From assembly GCA_040386535.1 (NCBI GenBank), contig JAZKFH010000059.1:1-39491 (forward strand): a DNA stretch of 39,491 bases, read 5' to 3'. The position numbers were made by a program, and so were the translations under genes. Positions 8,695 to 17,097 of this stretch are shown one piece after another. Every line of letters begins with the position of its first letter. Position 1 is the stretch's first letter. A model generated the notes under the pieces. The model did not search any database. It saw only the letters and a list, made by a program, of their open reading frames with translations, and was not told the origin of the DNA. The DNA comes from Myxococcota bacterium. GTDB lineage: Bacteria > Myxococcota_A > UBA796 > SXON01.

Positions 8695-9343
8695 CCCGAC
8701 GCTCCACGTGGCCGTCACGCTCACGATCGGCGCGACAGCGCTCACGCTCGACATCAGCAGCGGTGCCGCCGCCATCGGCGTCGTGGGCCCGTCCGGCGTG
8801 GGGAAGAGCACGCTGCTGCGCGTCGTCGCGGGGCTGGAGCGGGGGGCCGTCGGCAGCGTCTCGTTCGCGGGCGACGTGTGGCAGGGCCCGGCCGACACCC
8901 CCTTCGTGCCGCCTCACCTCCGCCGCGTGGGCTGGGTACCGCAAGACGGCGTGTTGTTCCCGCACCTGTCCGTGCGCGAGAACCTCGCCTACGCCGCGCG
9001 GATGCCCGTGGAGCCCGTGGCCGAGCTGCTCGGCGTCGCATCGCTGCTCGCGCGGCGCCCCCGCCACCTGTCCGGGGGAGAGCGCCAACGTGTGGCCCTC
9101 GGGCGGGCGTTGTGCACGGCGCCCCGGCTCCTCCTGCTCGACGAGCCGTTCTCCGCGCTCGACCGCCCCCTCCGCGCGCGTCTCGCGGCGGACGTGGCGG
9201 GATGGGCGCGCGCACACGCGGTCGCCATCCTGCTCGTGACACACGACGAACGGGATCTCGAGGCGTTCGACGCCGAGGTGTGGGAGATCGAGGGCGGCGC
9301 GGCTACTCGCCGACGTGGGCGTCCATCCACTCCGCCCGGGTGA
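8684..9343 (+). CDS. modC: Molybdate ABC transporter ATP-binding protein (short, no TOBE domain)
   Basis: GPSGVGKS, LFPHLSVRENL, LSGGERQRVALGRAL, LLLLDEPFSALD, VTHD. Confidence 0.9.
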   Translation: MGADPTLHVAVTLTIGATALTLDISSGAAAIGVVGPSGVGKSTLLRVVAGLERGAVGSVSFAGDVWQGPADTPFVPPHLRRVGWVPQDGVLFPHLSVRENLAYAARMPVEPVAELLGVASLLARRPRHLSGGERQRVALGRALCTAPRLLLLDEPFSALDRPLRARLAADVAGWARAHAVAILLVTHDERDLEAFDAEVWEIEGGAATRRRGRPSTPPG

Positions 9344-10748
9344 GCACCCAGTCCTCGAGCCAGGTCACCTCGCCCTCCCACGTGGGGGCCACGTACCAAT
9401 TCGGGAACACGAACGTCCCGATGACCCGCCAGCGGTCGTGGTCCCGCACCTCGGCTTCGGCGGTCTCCGCCTGCAAGGCGGCGATCCGGCCCGAGAGCGC
9501 CTCGTCCGTGAGCAGGTCGGCGCGCAGCTCCACCCACCGCGTACGCAGGCGCGCCTCGAACGCGGGGTCCGAGCGGAGGCGTTGCCACCAGAGGGGGATC
9601 TGGCCGGCCCAGCCACATTGGTTGACGTGGTCCCACACCCACCCGTCGGTGTTCCATGACACGCAATAGTTGACGTTGCCGAAGCCGCGATCGTAGTCCC
9701 ACGCGGGGCCGGCGCGGAGCTTGGCGTGGCCCGGGGGGCCGTCTGCCCAGAGGTAGGCGGAGAGCCGGTACCCGTCGACATTGCCGGTGAGCTCGTTGAG
9801 CAGCCACTGATCGACCCACGCGTCGACATCGAGGTAGGCCGCGTACCCGTCGACCGGATCGGTGAACGTGGGCGACATCAGCGCGCGCTCGGTCTCGTCG
9901 AACCAGGCCTTGATGTAGGCGGTCTCGCCGAGGGTCACCTCGGCCGCGCGGGGTGTCACGTAGTCGATGGGGGTTCCCATGGCACTGTCGAACCCTTGGC
10001 TCCGATGCTGGTCCACCTTCACGATGAACCCGCCGGCGACCGCCCCGGTCACCGGATCGGTGGTCCTCGGGATGTCGAGGCGATCGGCCTCGCGGGACAC
10101 CCGCTCGACCAGGAGGTACACACCGCGGTAGTCGCCTCCCAGGAACAGCTCGACGTATTGGGTGCGGGGCTCCCAACGCCCGGTGGGCTCGGCCATGGCG
10201 CGCGCGATCCCGTAGGCGAGCGCGTTGCGCATGTACGTCTTGTCCGAGTAGGGCGCGTGGAGCACCCAATCCGATCCGGCGGGCAAGCCGAGCAACGAGC
10301 AGGCGGTGTCCTCGCCGTCGGCGTCACGGCACTCGAGCTTGTACCCCTGCTTGGGTTGGTCCAACGAGGAGGAGCCGTGCAGCTCCAAGCCGATGGGGCT
10401 CGCGAACGCGACGGGCGCGGTGTCGAGGTCCTCCAACGTGCCGTCGTGGTCCTCGATGACCGTGAGCGTGCCGGCGGTCTTGTCGTGGTCCGTCGGCGGG
10501 CTCTCGACCTCGATGCGCAACACGGGCAGGTGTGCGAAGACCTTGGGGCCGGTCTCCGTAGCGTCGCCGATGTGCTCGACGGGCGCTGCCGTGTCCTCGG
10601 GCGGGCGCTGGTTCTCGCTCGGGAGGTCCGGTATCGCCGGCCGCGCGGTGTCGGTGTCCCCGGCAGTCGGCGGGCACCCGGCCAGCGTGAACAGCGAGGA
10701 CAGAAGGAGGAGGTGGAGGGGCGGGAGCAGGAGAAGGTGGAGGCGCAT
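9303..10748 (-). CDS. CotH kinase family lipoprotein
   Basis: Signal peptide with LAGC lipobox; HGSSS...PK..YK, DWVLHAPYSD...MRN, GDYRGVY.LVE, GPAWDYDRGFGN. Confidence 0.88.
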   Translation of the reverse strand: MRLHLLLLPPLHLLLLSSLFTLAGCPPTAGDTDTARPAIPDLPSENQRPPEDTAAPVEHIGDATETGPKVFAHLPVLRIEVESPPTDHDKTAGTLTVIEDHDGTLEDLDTAPVAFASPIGLELHGSSSLDQPKQGYKLECRDADGEDTACSLLGLPAGSDWVLHAPYSDKTYMRNALAYGIARAMAEPTGRWEPRTQYVELFLGGDYRGVYLLVERVSREADRLDIPRTTDPVTGAVAGGFIVKVDQHRSQGFDSAMGTPIDYVTPRAAEVTLGETAYIKAWFDETERALMSPTFTDPVDGYAAYLDVDAWVDQWLLNELTGNVDGYRLSAYLWADGPPGHAKLRAGPAWDYDRGFGNVNYCVSWNTDGWVWDHVNQCGWAGQIPLWWQRLRSDPAFEARLRTRWVELRADLLTDEALSGRIAALQAETAEAEVRDHDRWRVIGTFVFPNWYVAPTWEGEVTWLEDWVLTRAEWMDAHVGE

Positions 10749-10827
10749 GCCGCACCCATTCGGCCGGGCGCCGCGCGTCTTCTCGGAATTCGCCCACCGA
10801 TGACCAAACCAGACCCGTCGCGACGAT

Positions 10828-11994
10828 CTACGCGGGGAGCGTGAGCGGGCGGAGGAGGACCTGCTGCCCGCCGCTGTCCGTACCCTCCACGTTCACGATC
10901 CAGGCGGCGCCGGCGCTGAGCACCGTGCGCCACGGGGCGTCGGCGCCGCACGGGTCCTCCGAGAGCGCCCACGCCCCGGCCTCGCGGTCGTAGCGTGCGT
11001 AGCCGTTCATCCGGTGCGCCCAGCCGATCGTGTGCGCACGCGCGCCGAACAGGAGGTGCTGGTCATCGAGCCAGCCGACGAGGTCGACATCGAGCACGCT
11101 GCCGGGGCGATCGACGGGCGTGGTGGCGCCGCTCGCGAGGTCGACGAGCAGGAGCTCGTTCTCGTCGAGGACGAGCAGCGCGTCGCCCGCGGGGGTGGCG
11201 TCCCAGAGCGTGAACCAGCTCCCGGTGAGCGCGGGGGCGGCGACCGGCGCGCCGTCGGCCACGCGCACGCCACGCAACGCGAGCCCGGTGTCCGTGGCGC
11301 TCGAGATGTACCAGAACGTGCCGTGCGTCACGACGCCACCGGAGTCCGCAGACGCGGGGGCGTCGAGCGGGAGCTCCCGGAACGTGCCGGACGCCTCGTC
11401 GAGCGTGTAGGTGGCGGTCTCGCCGGCCCCGTTCACCAGCCGGACCACCGGCGGGCCGCCGTCGCGCCGGTACACCTGCCCCGACAGCTCCGAGACCCCT
11501 TCGAGCGGCAGGCGCCACGACCCGACGATCGCGCCGTCGGGCAGCGTGATCCGGTGGAGCGTCGCGTACGCGACCCGCGCCAGCTCGACGTAGGTGACGG
11601 TGAGCAGCAGGAGCCCGTCGGCGTCACCGGTCACGCCCCCCACGTAGGTGCGCTCGGGCAGGAGGAGCTCGACCGGGGCGCCGGGTGAAGCGGTGAAGCC
11701 GTCGACGAGCACGGGCACGTCGGTGTGCCCGATGAACACCGCGTCGGCGACGTACCGATCCGCGGAGGGGAGGACCGGGAGGTTGCAGGCCGACTCGAAC
11801 GCCCGTTCGAGCCCCTGGGCGGTCGGGCCGTCCTCACACGCTCGCGCGAACGTCTCGTTCCGACGGTCCTCCTCAGTGGGGTACATCTCCGGATCCAGCC
11901 CCTCGGCGGGCGGAAACAACCCGGGGAAGGTCGCGGTGATGGCCTCCTCGCGGTCGAGCGCGTGGGCCAACTCGTGGAGCGTCGGGGTGCGCAC
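10828..11994 (-). CDS. Hypothetical protein with HExxH motif and beta-rich C-terminus; start uncertain, possibly N-truncated
   Basis: Protein-like composition from GTG 11994 (or ATG 11886); TLHELAHALD near the N-terminus; the upstream ORF extension is repeat copy B. Confidence 0.6.
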   Translation of the reverse strand: MRTPTLHELAHALDREEAITATFPGLFPPAEGLDPEMYPTEEDRRNETFARACEDGPTAQGLERAFESACNLPVLPSADRYVADAVFIGHTDVPVLVDGFTASPGAPVELLLPERTYVGGVTGDADGLLLLTVTYVELARVAYATLHRITLPDGAIVGSWRLPLEGVSELSGQVYRRDGGPPVVRLVNGAGETATYTLDEASGTFRELPLDAPASADSGGVVTHGTFWYISSATDTGLALRGVRVADGAPVAAPALTGSWFTLWDATPAGDALLVLDENELLLVDLASGATTPVDRPGSVLDVDLVGWLDDQHLLFGARAHTIGWAHRMNGYARYDREAGAWALSEDPCGADAPWRTVLSAGAAWIVNVEGTDSGGQQVLLRPLTLPA

Positions 11995-12019
11995 CGCGTT
12001 GGGCGCCCGACCAAGGGGG

Positions 12020-12164
12020 GCGCGAGGTGCCTGGAGGGCGGGGGTGTGCTCCGGCCGCCGGAGCGCGCCCCCGGTCCGCCCGCGCTCGCTCGGGAGCGTG
12101 GGCGACCGAGCCGAAGGCGAGCCCGCAAGGGACCGGCCCTGGCGTCTTCGCCAGGGACGCGCAC
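12020..12164 (-). repeat. Structured intergenic repeat, copy B
   Basis: Minus strand: GTGCGCGT-CCCTGGCG aaga CGCCAGGG-CC-GGTCCCTTGCGGGC-TC-GCCTTCGGC-TC-GGTCG..CGGACC-hairpin-GCCCTCCAGGCACC-TCGCGC. Confidence 0.75.
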
Positions 12165-12180
12165 AGGATACGTGCCGTCG

Positions 12181-12516
12181 GTGACTGTCGACGCCGCCGT
12201 TTCCACCCTCATCGACGACCTGCTCGATCCGCACGGGGAGGGGCTCGACCCCACCTTCCTCGCCGGCGCCACCCAGGACATGAAGGGCCGGGTGCGCGGC
12301 ATGCCGACGTACATGGGCGCCGGGATGGCCGCGCTCACCGTGCTGTTCGTCGCGAGCGGCTACACACGGCTACCAAAGGCGCGTCGCGTCGCGCGCATCG
12401 AGAGCTGGCGGAGGTCGCCGATCTCCCTCCAACGCGACTTCGTGGAGTTCTGGGAGAAGATGAGCACGTTCACCTACTTCTCCCGCGTCGAGAAGGCCGC
12501 CCATGTCGAGTCTTAG
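12181..12516 (+). CDS. Small partner of GMC oxidoreductase (gluconate-2-dehydrogenase subunit 3-like)
   Basis: Helical ~110 aa ORF ending RDFVEFWEKMSTFTYFS that overlaps the GMC start; GTG start at 12172 or 12181. Confidence 0.65.
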   Translation: MTVDAAVSTLIDDLLDPHGEGLDPTFLAGATQDMKGRVRGMPTYMGAGMAALTVLFVASGYTRLPKARRVARIESWRRSPISLQRDFVEFWEKMSTFTYFSRVEKAAHVES

Positions 12517-13948
12517 CGCTGCCTTGCAGGCGCCCCTCCGTCTCGATGCGAAGGTGCTCGTGATCGGCTCGGGGCCGGGCGGCGCGATGACCGCGTGTGT
12601 GCTGGCCGAGGCCGGGCACGAGGTGCTCCTGGTCGAGGAGGGGGACCACGTGCCCGTGGGCGCCACCGAGCCCTACTCGCTCGAGGACATGGACCGCAAG
12701 TGGCGAAACGGCGGGCTGACCCCGGCGTTCGGCCCGGTGAAGGTCACGTATGTGGAAGGCAAGTGTGTCGGCGGCGCGAGCGAGATCAACGCCGCGTTGT
12801 ACCACCCGCCCGTGCCGTCCGTGCTCGACCAGTGGGCCCGGGACTACGGAATCGCCGACTTCGGCGGGGACGCGTTGGCCCGCCACATCGAGGCCGTTGA
12901 GCGCGAGGCGTCGGTGTCGCCGTTTCCGGGCAGCCCGGGCATCGCGTCGGAGCGGCTCGCGGCGGGTGCGTCGTCACTCGGGTGGAAGAGCGTGGCGGTC
13001 AAGCGCTTCTGGAAGTACGACGGCGCCGAGGTCGTGGGCCGCCGCCAGTCGATGACGGAGACCTACGTGCCCCGCGCGCAGAAGGCCGGGGCGCGCGTGC
13101 AGGACGGGCTCAAGGTCAAGCGCCTGCTGCTCGAAGGGCGGCGCGCCGTGGGCGCGATCGCGACGGATCGGGACGGCCGCCGGGTCGAGATCCGCGCGGA
13201 CCGCGTGATCGTTTGTGGGGGCGCCGTGCAGACCGCGCTCATCTTGCGGCGCAGCGGTGTCACCCGTGGCATCGGCAACACCCTGTCGATGAACCCGATG
13301 ATCCGCGTGGCGGCCGAGTTCGACGACTGTATCAACGAGCCCGCCGTGGGCGTGCCCGTTCAGCAGATCGAGGCGTTCAAGCCCGCGATGACACTTGGGT
13401 GCTCCAACGGCACGCTCGCGCACCTCGCGCTCTGGTTGGTCGGCGCCCCGGAGAACCGGGACAAGCTGCTCGCGGAGTGGTGGCGCCTCGGCGTCTTCTA
13501 CGCAAAGGTCATGGCGAAGGCGCGCGGCGTGGTGCGCAACGTGCCGATCGTGGATGAGGCGTTCGTGTCGTTCCGCCTCGGCAAGGACGACCTCGCGCTG
13601 CTCGGCCTCGCCGTCGAGCGGCTCGCCACTGTGCTCTTCGCCTCGGGTGCGCGCTCGATCGTGAGCCCGGTGCCCGGCATGCCGGCCATCCGGTCGCTGA
13701 ACGACATCCCCACGCTGCGGGCGGGCGTCGAGGCCGGCAAGGCCCCCGTCAGCGCCATCCACCTGCACAGCACGGTGCCGATGGGATCTGAGCAGAAGGG
13801 CTGCCCGGCCGACGCGTACGGCAAGCTGCGCGGCCTCGAGAACGTGTGGGTGAACGACGCGAGCCTGCTGCCCGACACGCCCGGCATCAACCCGCAGGGC
13901 ACCATTCTGGCGATCGCGCGTCGCAACGCAGAGCGCATGCTGGGGTAG
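12503..13948 (+). CDS. GMC family FAD-dependent oxidoreductase
   Basis: VIGSGPGG, VEEG, GKCVGGASEIN, CGGAVQT..IL.RSG, H.HSTVPMG, V.DASLLP..PG.NPQGTI.AIA. Confidence 0.92.
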   Translation: MSSLSAALQAPLRLDAKVLVIGSGPGGAMTACVLAEAGHEVLLVEEGDHVPVGATEPYSLEDMDRKWRNGGLTPAFGPVKVTYVEGKCVGGASEINAALYHPPVPSVLDQWARDYGIADFGGDALARHIEAVEREASVSPFPGSPGIASERLAAGASSLGWKSVAVKRFWKYDGAEVVGRRQSMTETYVPRAQKAGARVQDGLKVKRLLLEGRRAVGAIATDRDGRRVEIRADRVIVCGGAVQTALILRRSGVTRGIGNTLSMNPMIRVAAEFDDCINEPAVGVPVQQIEAFKPAMTLGCSNGTLAHLALWLVGAPENRDKLLAEWWRLGVFYAKVMAKARGVVRNVPIVDEAFVSFRLGKDDLALLGLAVERLATVLFASGARSIVSPVPGMPAIRSLNDIPTLRAGVEAGKAPVSAIHLHSTVPMGSEQKGCPADAYGKLRGLENVWVNDASLLPDTPGINPQGTILAIARRNAERMLG

Positions 13949-13988
13949 AGGCCCCGCGGCGTGTGCGGAGGGGCGTACACTCCGCGCC

Positions 13989-14690
13989 GTGCTCGTCCTC
14001 CTCGCCTTGTTCGCGTGTGCGCCCAAATCGGCGCCGCCAGTGCCCGCCGTGGTGGCGGCCGTGGATGTTCCTGTTCCTACGCCGAGCGCCGACGTGGTGC
14101 CCGACGTGACAGCCGTGGTCGTCGCGCCCGCGTTGACCCCCGAGGCGATGGCCGCGGCCACGCCGCTCCCGACCGACGCGCGCCAGCTCGTCAACGCGTG
14201 GCGCGAGCGACACAACGCGGGCGTGGCGCGGCTCCAGGCGGGGGACGCCGCCGGCGCGCTGGTGGAGGCGCGGGCCGCCGTCGAGTTGGCGCCGCCCGAG
14301 CTGCGGGACGAGCCGTTGGTGCTCGTGGCGGTCGCGGCCTCCCAAGCCGGGGAGCGTGTCATCGAGATCGAGGCGCTCGCCCGCGTCGGAGACGGCGCGG
14401 ACGTGCATTGGGGCGTGTACTACAACGGCGGGGTCGACGCGATCACGGCGGGCCGCCCCGACCTCGCGCACCGCTTCGCCCAAGCCGCGTTGGCCCGGGG
14501 CGGCGATGTCTCCCAGGTCGCGCCGCTGGCCGTACGCGCGGCCCTGCGCGTGGAAGCGTTCGACGCGGCGCTGGTCGCGGGCGGGCTGCTCCCCGCGGAC
14601 CACCCCACGCGCGCCGATCTCGTGCGGGCCCTGGTCGGCGCGGGGCGATGCGTGGACGCCGAGCGGCTCGCGCCGGGGGTGTGCGGGTAG
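13989..14690 (+). CDS. Lipoprotein with TPR-like helical repeats
   Basis: LFAC lipobox; HNAGVARLQAGDAAGALVEARAAVELAP and YYNGGV TPR-like helices. Confidence 0.7.
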   Translation: MLVLLALFACAPKSAPPVPAVVAAVDVPVPTPSADVVPDVTAVVVAPALTPEAMAAATPLPTDARQLVNAWRERHNAGVARLQAGDAAGALVEARAAVELAPPELRDEPLVLVAVAASQAGERVIEIEALARVGDGADVHWGVYYNGGVDAITAGRPDLAHRFAQAALARGGDVSQVAPLAVRAALRVEAFDAALVAGGLLPADHPTRADLVRALVGAGRCVDAERLAPGVCG

Positions 14691-14735
14691 CGGTACTGCC
14701 CCGAGTTGGGGCGCGTCGCGGCTACCTGACACGTG

Positions 14736-15416
14736 TCAGTACAACCGGAGCGCCTCGCCGCGGGCCGACAGGGTCACCGCGACCGAGAGGCGGGACTCGC
14801 CGCGGGAGTACGCGGACAGGTCGATCTCCAGGTAGCCGGGCGGATTGTGCTCGCCGAAGTAGCCGGGCGGATTGTGCTCGCCGTAGTCGCCGGGCGGATT
14901 GTGCTCGCCGAGGTAACCGGGCGGGTTGTGCAGGCCGAACCCGAGGATGTTCCCCGTGTCGATGCCCCGGGAAGACAGGGTGACACCGATGGTCATCTCG
15001 GCGCCGTCGGCGAAGATCGCCACGAACTCGAGGTACGGGTCGGGCGGGATGTACGGGTCCGGGGGGATGTACGGGTCGGGGGGGATGCTGACATCCGGGA
15101 CGACGAAGCGGGACACCCCGTCGCGCCCGTTGACCAGCACCGGCTCGTCGCCGCTGACGTACCAGATCTCGGCGACCGTCGAGCGCGCCTCGCCGATGCC
15201 CAGGATCACGGCGAGGTCGGACTCGCCGGTGTAGGACACCGTCGCCGTCGCCACGCGGCCGTCGTTCAGGAAGGTAGGGCGGCTGACCTCCGTGGGGCTG
15301 TCGACCGCGACGAGCACGGCCGGGAGGAGGTCACCGTAGCTCGTCTGCACGAGGTTCCAACTGGGGTCGGAGGCGTGGCAGAGGGAGGTGAGAGGGAGGA
15401 GGAGGAAGCTGAACAT
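14736..15416 (-). CDS. Secreted hypothetical protein with Pro-rich tandem repeats
   Basis: GGAG RBS and ATG 15416; signal peptide; (IPPDPY)x3 and (G[E/L]HNPPGxx)x4; sigma54 promoter upstream. Confidence 0.8.
   Translation of the reverse strand: MFSFLLLPLTSLCHASDPSWNLVQTSYGDLLPAVLVAVDSPTEVSRPTFLNDGRVATATVSYTGESDLAVILGIGEARSTVAEIWYVSGDEPVLVNGRDGVSRFVVPDVSIPPDPYIPPDPYIPPDPYLEFVAIFADGAEMTIGVTLSSRGIDTGNILGFGLHNPPGYLGEHNPPGDYGEHNPPGYFGEHNPPGYLEIDLSAYSRGESRLSVAVTLSARGEALRLY
14830..14937. repeat. 4 x 27-bp in-frame tandem repeat (HNPPG units)
   Basis: GCCGGGCGGATTGTGCTCGCCG core repeated every 27 bp; fourth unit diverged. Confidence 0.9.
15033..15086. repeat. 3 x 18-bp in-frame tandem repeat (IPPDPY)
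   Basis: GTACGGGTC(G/C)GG(C/G)GGGAT x3. Confidence 0.9.
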
Positions 15417-15458
15417 GTTGACTCCGGGGTGCGACGTTGTGTCGCTGCTTGGACCAAA

Positions 15459-15474
15459 TGCAAGCGTCGTGCCA
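15459..15474 (-). promoter_or_regulatory. sigma54 (-24/-12) promoter
   Basis: Minus strand TGGCACGACGCTTGCA is a full match to TGGCACG-N4-TTGCW, 42 bp upstream of ATG 15416. Confidence 0.8.
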
Positions 15475-15549
15475 GCGCCCTCACCCCACCGCGGACACCG
15501 GAACCTGCTGAATTCGGGGGTGGCGTGGCGGAGTGGCCTCTCGCCGCGC

Positions 15550-15561
15550 ATGCGCGCGCAT
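15550..15561. promoter_or_regulatory. Palindrome ATGCGCGCGCAT, candidate enhancer-binding-protein site
   Basis: Perfect 12-bp palindrome ~77 bp upstream of the -24 GG; recurs twice at 23500 and 23531. Confidence 0.5.
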
Positions 15562-15643
15562 TCGTGGCACGATGCGCGAGCGGCTCCGCGCATTGCTCAT
15601 CAGCCCGATGCGCTTGCTTCCGCTGGGGGGATAGGAAGCAGAC

Positions 15644-16366
15644 ATGGACCGTATCGCCCCCACCCGTCGCCCCCCCGGCGCCAACGCCGGCACCCAGAAC
15701 TGGCGCGAGCTCCTGTTCCTGCACTGGTGGGTCCCGGTCGAGGCGTTGCGCCCGCTCGTGCCCGCGCGGCTCGGCCTCGACTTGTGGGAGGGGCGCGCGC
15801 TCGTGGGCATCGTGCCGTTCCGCATGGAGGACGTGCGCCCGTCGTGGCTGCCCCAGGTGTTCTCCCAGAACTTCCTGGAGACCAACCTGCGCACCTACGT
15901 GCACCTCGACGGGGAGGGGCCCGGCGTCTACTTCTTCTCCCTCGAAGCCTCGTCGTGGCTCGCCGTGCAGGCCGCACGGATCGGGTGGGGCCTTCCGTAC
16001 CACTACGCCACGATGGGTGATACCCGGACGGACGGAGACGAGCGCCGATATACCTCCGCGCGGCGCTCGGACGCCAGCGCGCGCCTCGACGTCCGCTGTC
16101 GTTTGGGAGCCCCCCTCGGCGCGTCCCCGCCCGACACGCTCGAGGCGTTCCTGCTCGAACGTTACCTCCTCTACGTCGAGCGTGACGGGGTGCTCTCCCG
16201 CGGGCAGGTGCACCACACGCCGTACCCGGCGTTCGCCGCCGATTCACTCCATTGTGAGGAAGGCCTGATCGCCGCCGCCGGCCTCCCCGGGCCCGCGCGC
16301 CCGCCGGACCTGGTCCATGCGTCGCCGGGGGTGGACGTGGAGGTGTTTGCGTTGGAGGTGGTGTAG
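15644..16366 (+). CDS. DUF2071 (YqjF) family protein
   Basis: Q.WRELLFLHW, GIVPF.M, F.ETNLRTYV, PGVYFFSLEA, FL.ERY. Confidence 0.9.
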   Translation: MDRIAPTRRPPGANAGTQNWRELLFLHWWVPVEALRPLVPARLGLDLWEGRALVGIVPFRMEDVRPSWLPQVFSQNFLETNLRTYVHLDGEGPGVYFFSLEASSWLAVQAARIGWGLPYHYATMGDTRTDGDERRYTSARRSDASARLDVRCRLGAPLGASPPDTLEAFLLERYLLYVERDGVLSRGQVHHTPYPAFAADSLHCEEGLIAAAGLPGPARPPDLVHASPGVDVEVFALEVV

Positions 16367-16373
16367 GCGCGCG

Positions 16374-17072
16374 TCACCGTACCCTCCCAAATCGGCCGCG
16401 CTCCCCGACGCGCGCCTCGATCTCCTGGCCGTCCCGCACGGCGACCCGCGCACCGTACGCCTCGACCACGCGGTAGCTCACGGCGGTGCGCTCCACGACC
16501 AGCGCCACATGGGCCCGGCCGTAGAAGGCGAGGTCGCCCGGGCGGGGCGTCTCCGCGAGCGTGAGGTCCGCACCGTGCTCGAACAAGTCCACGTAGTTGC
16601 GCACACGGCGGACGAAGTACGGGTCGCCGGGGAGGTTGTCCGGCGTGGTCTCGAATTGGGAGGGGGAGGCGAGCGCGGCGTCGCGGAGCTGGGCGGGCAA
16701 GGACCAGCCGGCGGCGAGCCAGGCATCGACCACCACGTCGGTGCACACCCGAAAGCCGATTCGGCCGAGCAGGTTGCCGTACTTGCCCATCAGCGGGTCG
16801 GAGCGCTGCCCGATGAGCGCGCGCGCTGCGGCGACCACGTCGGGGACGTTGGCGACGCCGTCCCCATCGGCGTCGGGATCGAGGCGCCCCGGCAGGCCGT
16901 CGCCGTCCGCGTCGGGATCGTCTACGAGCGCGAGCCCGTCGGCATCCGCGTCGGTGTGGCGCCAGGCGGAGCGCGCAGCGTGGCGGTCCTCGAGCCAGCC
17001 GTAGGCGGGGTACAGCCCAGCCACCGTCAGCAGCCCGGCGACGGCGACCGTAGCGGCGTGCTCGAACTCCAT
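16374..17072 (-). CDS. DUF1287-like (NlpC/P60-type Cys-His) protein with DxDxDG repeats
   Basis: N-terminal TM; DADADG/DADGDG calcium-loop-like repeats; VCTDVVV.A, RRVRN, PGDLAFY...HVALV. Confidence 0.65.
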   Translation of the reverse strand: MEFEHAATVAVAGLLTVAGLYPAYGWLEDRHAARSAWRHTDADADGLALVDDPDADGDGLPGRLDPDADGDGVANVPDVVAAARALIGQRSDPLMGKYGNLLGRIGFRVCTDVVVDAWLAAGWSLPAQLRDAALASPSQFETTPDNLPGDPYFVRRVRNYVDLFEHGADLTLAETPRPGDLAFYGRAHVALVVERTAVSYRVVEAYGARVAVRDGQEIEARVGERGRFGRVR

Positions 17073-17097
17073 CGTTGCCACTAACGCGCCCTCGGAG

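Noticed and set aside
9303..9343. 41-bp convergent overlap of modC and cotH
   Set aside because: Short 3' overlaps are common in GC-rich genomes, and there is no other sign of function
14830..14937. 27-bp repeats as a mini-CRISPR
   Set aside because: Units are contiguous with only ~5 variable bases, are in frame within a CDS, and no cas genes are present
15565..15580. TGGCACG on the plus strand as a sigma54 promoter for DUF2071
   Set aside because: No TTGC at the -12 position
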